NCBI RefSeq assembly: GCF_000009045.1
Contig: NC_000964.3
Location: forward strand, 2,250,001-2,282,000
Direction of reading: 5' to 3'
DNA length: 32,000 nt
Origin: Bacillus subtilis subsp. subtilis str. 168
Lineage (GTDB): Bacteria; Bacillota; Bacilli; Bacillales; Bacillaceae
Part shown: in pieces, positions 1 to 10,332 of the stretch
How positions within the stretch are numbered: position 1 is the stretch's first letter
How the letters are laid out: the number at the start of each line of letters is the position of its first letter
Translations under genes and position numbers: made by a program
The notes under the pieces: model-generated
What the model saw: only the letters and a program-made list of their open reading frames with translations
Database searches by the model: none
Told to the model about the DNA's origin: nothing

Positions 1-3000
1 ATTATTTGAATGCAGTAAATAGTCTTAATGTAAGCACTGGAAGCAATAATATCAGATCACAAATTCAAAGCTTGAATATGCAATTTAGAGAATTAGCCTC
101 CAACGCTCAAACAGCTGCTAATCAAGCCTCTTCTTTTGGAGCAGAACTAACCCAAACCTTCAAAAGCATGTCCACCTATTTAATCTCCGGTTCTTTATTC
201 TACGGAGCTATCTCTGGACTTAAAGAAATGGTATCCCAGGCAATAGAAATTGATACTCTCATGACAAATATTCGCCGTGTTATGAATGAGCCGGATTATA
301 AATATAATGAACTTCTCCAAGAATCTATTGACTTAGGTGATACACTTTCAAATAAAATCACAGATATTCTTCAAATGACAGGCGATTTTGGGAGAATGGG
401 TTTCGATGAAAGTGAGCTCTCCACGTTAACGAAAACTGCCCAAGTTCTTCAAAATGTCTCTGATTTAACTCCCGATGATACAGTTAACACTCTAACGGCA
501 GCAATGCTCAACTTTAATATTGCAGCAAATGATTCAATATCAATTGCAGATAAATTAAATGAGGTTGATAATAACTATGCTGTTACAACTCTAGATCTGG
601 CCAATTCTATCCGTAAAGCTGGTTCAACTGCTTCTACATTCGGGGTAGAGCTAAATGATCTTATTGGTTATACAACTGCAATTGCTAGTACAACACGTGA
701 ATCAGGGAATATCGTCGGGAACTCCTTAAAGACAATTTTCGCGCGGATTGGGAATAATCAAAGCTCAATTAAAGCGTTAGAACAGATTGGTATCTCAGTT
801 AAAACAGCTGGTGGTGAAGCTAAATCAGCAAGTGATTTAATTAGTGAAGTTGCTGGTAAGTGGGATACGCTTTCTGATGCTCAGAAACAAAATACTTCAA
901 TTGGAGTAGCTGGTATTTATCAATTATCCCGTTTTAATGCAATGATGAACAACTTCTCTATTGCTCAGAATGCGGCTAAAACTGCGGCTAACTCAACAGG
1001 AAGTGCTTGGAGTGAGCAGCAAAAGTATGCAGATAGTCTACAAGCTAGGGTAAATAAGCTTCAAAATAACTTCACTGAATTTGCTATTGCAGCTTCTGAT
1101 GCTTTTATTAGCGACGGATTAATTGAATTTACTCAAGCCGCAGGTTCTTTGCTTAACGCTTCTACAGGAGTAATCAAATCAGTTGGGTTCCTACCTCCCC
1201 TTTTAGCTGCAGTAAGCACTGCAACCCTTTTGCTCAGTAAGAATACCCGCACATTAGCCAGCAGCCTAATTTTGGGCACACGTGCAATGGGGCAAGAAAC
1301 TTTAGCGACTGCTGGGCTAGAAGCTGGTATGACTCGTGCAGCAGTCGCCTCAAGAGTTCTAAAAACTGCTCTTCGAGGGTTGCTTGTTTCAACTTTAGTT
1401 GGCGGTGCATTTGCTGCTTTGGGATGGGCGCTAGAATCATTAATTTCTTCTTTTGCAGAAGCTAAAAAAGCTAAAGATGATTTTGAGCAGAGCCAGCAAA
1501 CCAATGTCGAAGCAATTACGACCAATAAAGACTCCACTGATAAACTAATACAGCAATATAAAGAGCTTCAAAAAGTTAAAGAGTCAAGATCTTTAACTTC
1601 AGATGAAGAGCAAGAATACCTTCAAGTCACTCAGCAATTAGCACAAACTTTCCCTGCATTAGTTAAAGGCTATGATTCTCAAGGAAATGCAATTCTTAAG
1701 ACAAATAAAGAGCTTGAAAAAGCGATTGAGAATACTAAAGAGTATTTGGCTTTAAAGAAACAAGAAACAAGAGACAGCGCAAAGAAAACATTCGAAGACG
1801 CTTCTAAGGAAATTAAAAAGTCTAAGGATGAATTAAAGCAGTACAAACAAATAGCTGACTACAACGATAAAGGTAGACCTAAATGGGATCTCATTGCAGA
1901 TGACGATGACTATAAGGTTGCAGCTGATAAAGCTAAACAAAGTATGCTCAAAGCTCAATCTGACATTGAGAGTGGAAATGCTAAAGTTAAAGATAGCGTC
2001 CTTTCAATTGCAAATGCTTATAGTTCAATTGATATCAGTAATACTTTAAAGACGAGTATTAGTGATGTTGTCAACAAACTTAACTTAAAAGATGATTTAG
2101 ATCCTGAAGAATTAGAAAAATTCTCCTCTTCTTTAGGAAAGCTTCAAGAAAAAATGCAAAAAGCTTTAGATTCAGGCGATGAAAAAGCTTTCGATAACGC
2201 AAAAAAAGATCTTCAAAGTCTCTTGGAAACATACTCCAAATCCGATTCTTCTATTGATGTTTTTAAAATGAGCTTCGACAAAGCACAGAAGAACATAAAA
2301 GATGGAGATAAGAGCTTATCTTCCGTCAAATCTGAAGTTGGTGATTTAGGTGAGACGCTGGCAGAAGCAGGTAACGAGGCAGAAGATTTTGGTAAGAAGC
2401 TAAAAGAAGCTCTGGATGCAAATAGTGTTGATGATATTAAGGCAGCTATTAAAGAAATGTCAGATGCTATGCAGTTCGATTCCGTTCAAGATGTCTTAAA
2501 TGGGGATATTTTTAATAACACCAAAGATCAAGTAGCTCCTCTCAATGATCTTCTGGAAAAAATGGCTGAAGGTAAAAGTATTTCTGCAAATGAAGCTAAT
2601 ACCCTTATTCAAAAAGATAAGGAACTTGCCCAGGCTATTAGCATCGAAAATGGCGTTGTGAAAATTAACCGTGATGAAGTTATCAAACAAAGAAAAGTTA
2701 AACTTGATGCTTATAACGACATGGTTACCTACAGCAATAAATTGATGAAAACAGAAGTTAACAACGCTATCAAAACTTTAAACGCTGATACCTTACGGAT
2801 TGACAGCCTGAAAAAGCTACGAAAAGAACGAAAGCTTGATATGTCTGAGGCCGAACTGTCAGACCTAGAAGTTAAGTCAATTAATAATGTTGCAGATGCA
2901 AAAAAAGAACTTAAAAAGCTTGAAGAGAAAATGCTTCAACCTGGTGGATACTCCAATAGTCAAATTGAAGCAATGCAAAGCGTTAAATCAGCTTTAGAAT

Positions 3001-6000
3001 CTTATATTTCTGCATCTGAAGAAGCCACCAGTACACAAGAAATGAATAAACAGGCACTTGTTGAAGCTGGAACATCATTGGAGAATTGGACAGATCAACA
3101 AGAAAAAGCCAATGAAGAAACCAAGACTTCCATGTATGTTGTTGATAAATACAAGGAAGCATTAGAAAAAGTTAATGCTGAGATTGACAAGTACAACAAG
3201 CAGGTCAATGATTATCCTAAATACTCTCAGAAATATCGAGATGCAATCAAGAAAGAAATTAAAGCACTTCAGCAAAAGAAAAAGCTTATGCAGGAACAAG
3301 CTAAGCTGCTTAAAGATCAAATTAAATCCGGTAACATTACTCAATACGGTATTGTAACCTCTACAACTTCTTCTGGTGGAACCCCCTCCTCAACTGGTGG
3401 ATCATATTCAGGCAAGTATTCAAGCTACATAAATTCAGCAGCTAGTAAATACAATGTTGACCCTGCCCTTATTGCAGCTGTAATTCAGCAAGAATCAGGG
3501 TTTAATGCTAAAGCACGATCTGGTGTAGGTGCCATGGGATTAATGCAACTGATGCCAGCAACAGCAAAAAGCTTAGGAGTAAATAACGCTTACGATCCTT
3601 ATCAAAATGTTATGGGTGGAACAAAGTACCTCGCCCAACAACTTGAAAAGTTTGGCGGTAATGTTGAAAAAGCATTGGCTGCATATAATGCTGGGCCTGG
3701 TAACGTAATTAAATATGGTGGTATCCCTCCTTTTAAAGAAACACAGAATTACGTCAAGAAGATCATGGCCAACTATAGCAAATCGCTCTCATCTGCCACT
3801 TCTTCAATCGCCAGCTATTATACAAATAATAGCGCTTTTAGGGTAAGCTCCAAATATGGACAACAGGAATCTGGTCTCCGCTCCTCCCCACACAAAGGAA
3901 CTGATTTTGCTGCAAAAGCAGGTACAGCAATTAAATCTCTTCAAAGTGGTAAAGTCCAAATTGCTGGCTACAGTAAAACTGCAGGTAACTGGGTTGTTAT
4001 TAAACAGGATGATGGAACAGTTGCCAAGTACATGCACATGCTTAACACTCCTTCTGTAAAAGCAGGTCAATCAGTTAAAGCCGGTCAAACTATTGGTAAA
4101 GTTGGTAGTACAGGGAACTCGACTGGGAACCACCTTCATTTACAGATCGAACAAAATGGAAAAACAATCGATCCTGAAAAGTACATGCAAGGTATTGGAA
4201 CTTCTATTTCAGATGCGTCACAAGCTGAGGCAGAACGACAACAAGGGATAGCTCAGGCTAAATCTGATCTTCTCTCCCTCCAAGGAGATATCAGTTCAGT
4301 CAATGATCAGATTCAAGAACTTCAGTATGAACTAGTTCAATCTAAACTCGATGAGTTTGATAAAAGAATTGGAGATTTTGATGTTCGGATAGCAAAAGAT
4401 GAGTCAATGGCTAACAGATACACTTCTGACAGCAAGGAATTCCGAAAATACACCTCTGATCAGAAAAAAGCTGTGGCAGAGCAAGCTAAAATCCAACAAC
4501 AAAAAGTTAATTGGATTCAAAAAGAAATTAAAACAAATAAAGCATTGAACTCCGCTCAACGTGCACAGCTTCAAGAAGAGCTTAAACAGGCCAAGCTAGA
4601 TTTAATTTCTGTTCAAGACCAGGTTCGTGAGCTACAGAAACAACTTGTTCAATCTAAAGTTGATGAGACACTTAAGTCAATTGAAAAGTCATCTTCTAAA
4701 ACCCAAGGGAAAATTAAAGATGTCGATAACAAAATTTCAATGACTGAAGAAGATGAAGACAAGGTTAAATACTATAGCAAGCAAATAAAGCTCATTCAAC
4801 AACAACAAAAGGAAGCGAAGAAATACATTAAGCAGCTTGAAGAACAAAAGAAAGCTGCGAAAGGTTTCCCTGACATCCAGGAACAGATCACTGAAGAAAT
4901 CGAAAACTGGAAAGATAAACAGAAAGATTTTAACCTTGAGCTTTATAACACCAAGAAGTCGATCAAGGATATCTATAAATCATTGGCTGATGAAGTTGTA
5001 TCCATCTACAAAGAGATGTACGAAAAAATGCGTGATATTGAGTTAGAAGCGCATCAGAAAGCGACTCAAGACTTGATCGATGAGATAGACAAGACTGATG
5101 ACGAGGCTAAATTTCAAAAAGAATTAAAAGAAAGACAAGACAGTATTCAAAAGTTGACTGACCAAATTAATCAATACTCTCTTGATGATTCTGAATTCGG
5201 AAAGTCAAAAGTCAAAGAACTAACTGAACAGCTTCAAAAAGAGCAGTTAGACCTTGATGATTTTCTAAAGGATCGCGAAAGTAACAAACGGAAAGAAGCG
5301 CTCCAAGATCAGCTCGAAAAAGATGAGGAGTCAATCAACAATAAATACGATAATCTTGTAAATGATGAACGAGCCTTTAAAAAGCTTGAGGATAAGATTA
5401 TGAATGGAAAAATCACCGATATCGCTAAGCAGCTTAATGAGTTTTCTAAGTTTATTAATACCAATATGGAGTCCATTGGAAAAAGTATTTCAAACAACCT
5501 GATTGATAAACTCAAAGAAGCATCTAATGCACTGAATACTGCTGTCAAAGGCAACACGACAGGTAAAAAAGTATCCTCTTTCGCTTCTGGAGGGTACACT
5601 GGAACAGGATTAGGTGCTGGTAAACTTGCATTCCTACATGACAAAGAACTGATCTTAAATAAAACTGACACAGCCAACATCCTTGATACGGTAAAAGCTG
5701 TTCGTGAAACCGCTGTGGACGATTCCCCAAAATGGGGCCAAGGAGTAAAATTAGCAGACCTTATTAAAAAAGGAATTACTTCTATTCCTTCATTAGTTCC
5801 TAACGTTAATCAATCAATGTTAACAAACAGTTTAATTCCAAATTTAAAGAAGATTGAGATCCCCTCAAAAACAATTGCTTCTTCTGGAGATAAAACAATT
5901 AATTTAACGAATACTTTCCACATTGATAAGCTAATAGGAGGAGAATCGGGAGCGAGATCGATGTTTGAAAGCATTAAAAACGAAGTTGTAAAACTAAATG

Positions 6001-6011
6001 GTAGCATGTAA
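1..6011 (+). CDS. cwlP: Tail tape-measure protein with embedded lytic transglycosylase and M23 peptidase domains (5' end lies outside the window)
   Basis: Frame is open from the window edge to TAA 6009-6011; the track ORF start at 6 is an internal TTG. Contains a TMP-like N-terminal region, an Ala/Leu-rich hydrophobic segment (~1140-1470), long K/E/Q-rich coiled coils, and SLT and M23 motifs. Matches my memory of SPbeta YomI/CwlP. Confidence 0.93.
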   Translation, partial: YLNAVNSLNVSTGSNNIRSQIQSLNMQFRELASNAQTAANQASSFGAELTQTFKSMSTYLISGSLFYGAISGLKEMVSQAIEIDTLMTNIRRVMNEPDYKYNELLQESIDLGDTLSNKITDILQMTGDFGRMGFDESELSTLTKTAQVLQNVSDLTPDDTVNTLTAAMLNFNIAANDSISIADKLNEVDNNYAVTTLDLANSIRKAGSTASTFGVELNDLIGYTTAIASTTRESGNIVGNSLKTIFARIGNNQSSIKALEQIGISVKTAGGEAKSASDLISEVAGKWDTLSDAQKQNTSIGVAGIYQLSRFNAMMNNFSIAQNAAKTAANSTGSAWSEQQKYADSLQARVNKLQNNFTEFAIAASDAFISDGLIEFTQAAGSLLNASTGVIKSVGFLPPLLAAVSTATLLLSKNTRTLASSLILGTRAMGQETLATAGLEAGMTRAAVASRVLKTALRGLLVSTLVGGAFAALGWALESLISSFAEAKKAKDDFEQSQQTNVEAITTNKDSTDKLIQQYKELQKVKESRSLTSDEEQEYLQVTQQLAQTFPALVKGYDSQGNAILKTNKELEKAIENTKEYLALKKQETRDSAKKTFEDASKEIKKSKDELKQYKQIADYNDKGRPKWDLIADDDDYKVAADKAKQSMLKAQSDIESGNAKVKDSVLSIANAYSSIDISNTLKTSISDVVNKLNLKDDLDPEELEKFSSSLGKLQEKMQKALDSGDEKAFDNAKKDLQSLLETYSKSDSSIDVFKMSFDKAQKNIKDGDKSLSSVKSEVGDLGETLAEAGNEAEDFGKKLKEALDANSVDDIKAAIKEMSDAMQFDSVQDVLNGDIFNNTKDQVAPLNDLLEKMAEGKSISANEANTLIQKDKELAQAISIENGVVKINRDEVIKQRKVKLDAYNDMVTYSNKLMKTEVNNAIKTLNADTLRIDSLKKLRKERKLDMSEAELSDLEVKSINNVADAKKELKKLEEKMLQPGGYSNSQIEAMQSVKSALESYISASEEATSTQEMNKQALVEAGTSLENWTDQQEKANEETKTSMYVVDKYKEALEKVNAEIDKYNKQVNDYPKYSQKYRDAIKKEIKALQQKKKLMQEQAKLLKDQIKSGNITQYGIVTSTTSSGGTPSSTGGSYSGKYSSYINSAASKYNVDPALIAAVIQQESGFNAKARSGVGAMGLMQLMPATAKSLGVNNAYDPYQNVMGGTKYLAQQLEKFGGNVEKALAAYNAGPGNVIKYGGIPPFKETQNYVKKIMANYSKSLSSATSSIASYYTNNSAFRVSSKYGQQESGLRSSPHKGTDFAAKAGTAIKSLQSGKVQIAGYSKTAGNWVVIKQDDGTVAKYMHMLNTPSVKAGQSVKAGQTIGKVGSTGNSTGNHLHLQIEQNGKTIDPEKYMQGIGTSISDASQAEAERQQGIAQAKSDLLSLQGDISSVNDQIQELQYELVQSKLDEFDKRIGDFDVRIAKDESMANRYTSDSKEFRKYTSDQKKAVAEQAKIQQQKVNWIQKEIKTNKALNSAQRAQLQEELKQAKLDLISVQDQVRELQKQLVQSKVDETLKSIEKSSSKTQGKIKDVDNKISMTEEDEDKVKYYSKQIKLIQQQQKEAKKYIKQLEEQKKAAKGFPDIQEQITEEIENWKDKQKDFNLELYNTKKSIKDIYKSLADEVVSIYKEMYEKMRDIELEAHQKATQDLIDEIDKTDDEAKFQKELKERQDSIQKLTDQINQYSLDDSEFGKSKVKELTEQLQKEQLDLDDFLKDRESNKRKEALQDQLEKDEESINNKYDNLVNDERAFKKLEDKIMNGKITDIAKQLNEFSKFINTNMESIGKSISNNLIDKLKEASNALNTAVKGNTTGKKVSSFASGGYTGTGLGAGKLAFLHDKELILNKTDTANILDTVKAVRETAVDDSPKWGQGVKLADLIKKGITSIPSLVPNVNQSMLTNSLIPNLKKIEIPSKTIASSGDKTINLTNTFHIDKLIGGESGARSMFESIKNEVVKLNGSM
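3425..3780 (+). other. Soluble lytic transglycosylase (SLT/muramidase-like) domain inside the tape-measure protein
   Basis: Translated motif [36 protein letters not shown]...AYNAGPGNV, with the catalytic Glu in the QQES context. Confidence 0.8.
3855..4190 (+). other. M23/LytM metallopeptidase domain inside the tape-measure protein
   Basis: Translated motifs [14 protein letters not shown] and [16 protein letters not shown] (HxxxD and HxH zinc ligands). Confidence 0.8.
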
Positions 6012-6061
6012 GAGTCTGCAAAAGCAGACTCTTTATTTAACTTAACTTGAGGTGGAAACTC

Positions 6062-6820
6062 ATGATTAGAGAAAGTCAATACTTTATGTTCAATAATATC
6101 CCTTCTTATGAATTAGGAGCCGTAAATGTAAATACAGAAGGAGGACTTTTAGAGGAGTCGTTTATTGCAAATAGAACAGTAAATGAAACATACACTAGGC
6201 TATCTTCAGAACCATATGTAGACAATGTCAAACTTGAGCCATATGAGATCCCATTGAATTTTTACATAGAAAATCATCTAGATGAAAAAAATGTTCGAAG
6301 AGTTGCTCGTTGGTTAAATGTAGATGATTATAAACCTCTCTCCTTTAGTAGAAATTTAGACATAATTTATTTTGCCTTGCCAATAAACGCTACAGATTTA
6401 GTTCATAACTGTTCTAACGATGGATATGTGAAGCTCACAATGAAGGTATTCCCCTATAAATATGGACAAGAAACAACAACTCATTGGTTTGATGTCACAT
6501 CAGGTGTTAAGAATATTGAAATTGAAAACATAGGAGATGTGGACATTCCGTTATCTCTTGAATTTAAGAAGATAGGCGACGGTGACATAACTGTTGAGAA
6601 CTTAACTTTATATAGAACACCTCTGAAGTTTACGGGAATAAAACATCATGAAGTTATCAATGTTGATTCCAATAAAAAATTGATCACTTCAAGTATTTCG
6701 GGTTATGAATGTTATGACCAAGTAAATGAAGAGTATGTGATTTTAACAAGAGGTAAAAACAGAATTAAAATAAATGGTGAGTGCTATATTCGATTAAAAT
6801 ACCGATACAAATATTTATAG
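6062..6820 (+). CDS. yomH: Distal tail protein-like siphovirus tail component
   Basis: ATG 6062 lies 6 nt after SD GAGGTGG (6049-6055). The track start TTG 6047 lies before the SD. The gene sits immediately after the tape-measure gene. Stop is TAG 6818-6820. Confidence 0.85.
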   Translation: MIRESQYFMFNNIPSYELGAVNVNTEGGLLEESFIANRTVNETYTRLSSEPYVDNVKLEPYEIPLNFYIENHLDEKNVRRVARWLNVDDYKPLSFSRNLDIIYFALPINATDLVHNCSNDGYVKLTMKVFPYKYGQETTTHWFDVTSGVKNIEIENIGDVDIPLSLEFKKIGDGDITVENLTLYRTPLKFTGIKHHEVINVDSNKKLITSSISGYECYDQVNEEYVILTRGKNRIKINGECYIRLKYRYKYL

Positions 6821-6831
6821 GAGGATGTATT

Positions 6832-9459
6832 TTGTTAAATAAGTTTAAACCAGGCGAAATCCTCCTTTCTTTAGCAAAACCAAATAAAAAGAAAATCGCT
6901 AATATTGCGGATTTCTCAAATGTATCTCTTAATCTAAGCTTTGCTGATTTAAATGATCTATCTTTTAATATTCCACTCAAAGCCAGGTATAATTTTTTGA
7001 TGAAGCCAAACCATGTGGCAAAACTAATGCGTGAGTGGTATCTTATCAAGGCAGAATTCTTAAACAGAGTTGAATGGTTTGTGATAACCGGTTTAACAAA
7101 ATCAGAAAATGAGGAGCAAACAATACAAGTTAGATGTCAAGGACTACCGTACATCCTTCATAAAAACAAAATAAGGTCATATCAAGGAGTTTCAAAGAAT
7201 CTACAGGAAGTGGCCACTGATTGTCTTAAAGGCACAAGACTCAATATCGGTTATATTGATCCTTCATTTAATGAAAAAAGACGATCATTTGATGTCACTT
7301 CAACAAGATATGAGTTTTTAAAAACGATATGGGAAACTTTTGAGGCAGTCCCAGTCTTCGACACTGTAAAGAACACTGTCTCTTTTTATAAGAAAGACAC
7401 AGTATCCAAGTACAAAGGTGTCCAATTCTCCCCTGAACGATTTATGATTGATATGGAAGATACCATTGATATTGATGAAGTCGTAACACGTTTAAACATC
7501 ACAGGTAAAGACGGAATTGTGATTAATTCGGTAAACCCTACTGGACAGAGTTACTTGGACGATTTTTCTTATTTTCTATATCCTTTTAAACGTGATAAAA
7601 ACAGAAATGTAATAACACACAGTGATTACATGGATGATGATTTATGTCATGCGATTTTGGATTATAATGAACTTGTCAATAAAGAAGGCTCTTCTTTCCA
7701 CCTCCTTTTAAACCAAAAAAGGGATTTAGAAACCCAAAAAACGACTCAAGAAAATAAACTCTTCACTCTTGAAAACATTGAGCTACAGCAAATTTTAGAT
7801 AAGATAACCGTAGCGAAAAAAGCCGGTGACGACACAAAAGATCTTATTAAACAAAGAGATGCAAAACTATTAGAAGTTACCGCCAAAAAAGCTGAAATAT
7901 CCAGAATAAACTCGCAAATCACAAACATTTCTCAGGAAATAGAAAAACTAAAAGACCGTTTATCGATGGACAAGTTTCTTGGTGAGGAGCTTAAGAAACA
8001 ACTGTCTTATTTTATTTTTGAAGATGATTGGACTAATGATAATATTTTTGATGAGACAGAGCTTTACGAAAAAGGGTTAGAGGAACTGAGCAATAGAAAC
8101 GCTCCCCCTGTTGATATCAGAACGAACATCGTAAACCTATTTAATGTTAATAGCGAAAAGGCATTTTGGGATAGAATATATCTCGGAGATATAATCAGGG
8201 TAGTTAATAAGAATTTCAGAACCGATGTCAAAGCAACCCTTTCAGGGATGACTTTCGATTTTGATCAACAGAGTATACAGGTTACACTCTCAAACGGGAA
8301 AAGAGCCAGGTCATTGGAACAGGAATTTGCTAATACTTTGTATACAACTAAGAAAGCATCCACAGAGTATAATAAGAAAAAAATTGATTATGATACACTT
8401 CTTGTTAATTACAATGCACGTAATGATCGTATCTCATCTCCTGTGGCAAACCCAACTATTCTTAATAACGGAACTGCAATAACACATGTTGTCAACGATA
8501 ATGGATCGGTTGATATCTCCATTGAATGGCAGTTCCCAAATTCTAAAGAGGATAAGTACAATATTGACGGATTCCTTGTCCACTGTTACTCAGATACATC
8601 TTCAGACACCTATATATTTGGATCAAAGATGTCATCTGAACAGTATCTATCGGTTAGCTATGATAAGAGAATCGCAACCCTTACAGGCCAGGTTTCAAAT
8701 AAGTATTATACGTTTGGAATTCAAGCCTACCGGACTGTTGAAGCGTCTATTGATAGCAGCGGACGTATACTTTCCGACATTATTCAACCCCAATTTCCTT
8801 CAGAGAACCCCTACCTCCCCTCTAATTCGGTTGAAGTTAAAGGAAGTCTTAGTGGAAGAGTTAATGGCCTCTATACAATCTCCACGGAAGCTAAGCCAGA
8901 AGATCCGGAAAAAGGGACAATCTGGATCAATCCAAAGAACAATAAACAAGAACTATTTAACGGAGAAGAATGGGTTGTCTCATCTGCAGGTTCAGCAGAC
9001 TCCTTGAATGGTTTTACAGCTTCAACAACGACTTCTCCAAACTCTATACCAGTGCGTAATGAATCAGGGATCATTAGTGGTTCAATAGACGGTAATGCAG
9101 AGATGCTAGGTGGACGAGCAGCATCTGATTATGCATTAGCTGAAAACATCCCCATTCCTCCCAAGTTTGCAAAAGGTATTTATACAGGAGACGGCACTCT
9201 CAGTAAGCAAATCCCCCTTACCTTTACTCCTGATTTAGTCAAAATAACTCCGATTTCACCTGAAGACAGTCAACTAGTAATTGAAAGCCAATTGGGGGGC
9301 TATGCCTATCAAGTTACTTCAACTGGACTTTCCCTTATTGGAGGAGATTTAGGATACGGTGCTTTGGGAAACAATCTATTTGTCACAGGCTCAGATAGTA
9401 ACTGCAGAGGAAATAAATTAAACGTTAAATATATCTGGGAAGCCTACCAACAAAATTAA
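6832..9459 (+). CDS. yomG: Tail-associated / baseplate protein (prophage tail endopeptidase-like N-terminus, coiled coil, FN3-like and C-terminal receptor-binding-like region)
   Basis: TTG 6832 lies 6 nt after SD GGAGGA (6820-6825), giving 875 aa, which matches my recollection of YomG. The track start GTG 6781 lies inside yomH and has no SD. Confidence 0.85.
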   Translation: MLNKFKPGEILLSLAKPNKKKIANIADFSNVSLNLSFADLNDLSFNIPLKARYNFLMKPNHVAKLMREWYLIKAEFLNRVEWFVITGLTKSENEEQTIQVRCQGLPYILHKNKIRSYQGVSKNLQEVATDCLKGTRLNIGYIDPSFNEKRRSFDVTSTRYEFLKTIWETFEAVPVFDTVKNTVSFYKKDTVSKYKGVQFSPERFMIDMEDTIDIDEVVTRLNITGKDGIVINSVNPTGQSYLDDFSYFLYPFKRDKNRNVITHSDYMDDDLCHAILDYNELVNKEGSSFHLLLNQKRDLETQKTTQENKLFTLENIELQQILDKITVAKKAGDDTKDLIKQRDAKLLEVTAKKAEISRINSQITNISQEIEKLKDRLSMDKFLGEELKKQLSYFIFEDDWTNDNIFDETELYEKGLEELSNRNAPPVDIRTNIVNLFNVNSEKAFWDRIYLGDIIRVVNKNFRTDVKATLSGMTFDFDQQSIQVTLSNGKRARSLEQEFANTLYTTKKASTEYNKKKIDYDTLLVNYNARNDRISSPVANPTILNNGTAITHVVNDNGSVDISIEWQFPNSKEDKYNIDGFLVHCYSDTSSDTYIFGSKMSSEQYLSVSYDKRIATLTGQVSNKYYTFGIQAYRTVEASIDSSGRILSDIIQPQFPSENPYLPSNSVEVKGSLSGRVNGLYTISTEAKPEDPEKGTIWINPKNNKQELFNGEEWVVSSAGSADSLNGFTASTTTSPNSIPVRNESGIISGSIDGNAEMLGGRAASDYALAENIPIPPKFAKGIYTGDGTLSKQIPLTFTPDLVKITPISPEDSQLVIESQLGGYAYQVTSTGLSLIGGDLGYGALGNNLFVTGSDSNCRGNKLNVKYIWEAYQQN

Positions 9460-9474
9460 CGGAGGTGAACTAAA

Positions 9475-10296
9475 CTGGCTGATTTTGCTAAATTATATAA
9501 TGATCCAATATTAAGTAAAAAGAGAATAGGTTCTGTTGAAGACCCCTATCTAACTTACAATGAAACATTGACAATATTTAATGGAAGAGCACTCCTAACT
9601 GAGATTCCGAACAGAGAATTTCGTGTTGAAGTTACTGGGGACAACAAGGAATGGCGAGAGATTGAAGATGGAGAACTTGACGACAACTATTTTAAGGTTG
9701 ATTACCTTATGGGAGTTGTCTTTTTTAATGCTTCAAATGAAGGAAAATCGCTAACCTTTAATTATAGTGGTGAAGGAGCTTCCTTCTTCCCTGCCTCTCG
9801 AATTTGGATAAAACGACAAGGGAATATGGTTATTGAAACTCTTCAAGGACTTATCGATGAAGCTGAAGATACAATAATTCGAATGAATGAACGTATAGCT
9901 GAATGTGAACGAGTTACAAAACGATGCCAAGAAGTGACAGCCTGGTGTAGACAGGCTACATCAAATTATGAAGAAGTTGTAGAAAACACAAGAAAAATTT
10001 ATAAACCATCTGTCTATACCTATTCAGATATTTTCACCTATTACCCAACCCCACAGATTGGTTGGACGGTGACTGTTAAAGAAACAAAAATCGTTTATCG
10101 ATGGGATGGATTTGAGTGGGTAGATATTGGAACTTCCGAAGTATATGAAGGTTTTAATATACTCCTAAGCGCAACAGAACCATTTAATGCAAATTATATC
10201 TGGTATAAGGATGCCTCTTTTTCACCTGAGAAAAAACGAGTTGTTGTTTCAGATACAGCACCAGATTCAGGACAAGTATGGTACAAAACTGACTAA
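9475..10296 (+). CDS. yomF: Tail/baseplate-associated protein of unknown function; the start codon is uncertain
   Basis: The frame is open from 9469. SD GGAGGTGA (9461-9468) is followed 6 nt later by CTG 9475. The track start TTG 9568 has no SD. Stop is TAA 10294-10296. Confidence 0.7.
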   Translation: MADFAKLYNDPILSKKRIGSVEDPYLTYNETLTIFNGRALLTEIPNREFRVEVTGDNKEWREIEDGELDDNYFKVDYLMGVVFFNASNEGKSLTFNYSGEGASFFPASRIWIKRQGNMVIETLQGLIDEAEDTIIRMNERIAECERVTKRCQEVTAWCRQATSNYEEVVENTRKIYKPSVYTYSDIFTYYPTPQIGWTVTVKETKIVYRWDGFEWVDIGTSEVYEGFNILLSATEPFNANYIWYKDASFSPEKKRVVVSDTAPDSGQVWYKTD

Positions 10297-10318
10297 GATC
10301 CCCTCCGGGATCTTTTTT
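10297..10318 (+). terminator. Intrinsic terminator-like hairpin directly after yomF
   Basis: Arms GATCCC and GGGATC around loop CTCC, followed by TTTTTT (10313-10318). Confidence 0.7.
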
Positions 10319-10332
10319 ATTGGAGGAAAGTT

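Noticed and set aside
1133-1537. 134-aa and 68-aa antisense ORFs inside the tape-measure gene
   Set aside because: They lie opposite the Ala/Leu-rich hydrophobic segment of the TMP, where GC-richer codons keep the reverse frames open by chance. They have no SD and an Ala/Arg/Pro-skewed composition typical of antisense artefacts. Other short ORFs nested in 2496-6079 were rejected for the same reasons.
8261-9074. Alternative-frame and antisense ORFs within yomG (73, 173 and 67 aa)
   Set aside because: They are fully nested in a long, well-supported CDS. They have no SD and low-complexity, Ser/Leu/Ile/Arg-rich translations.
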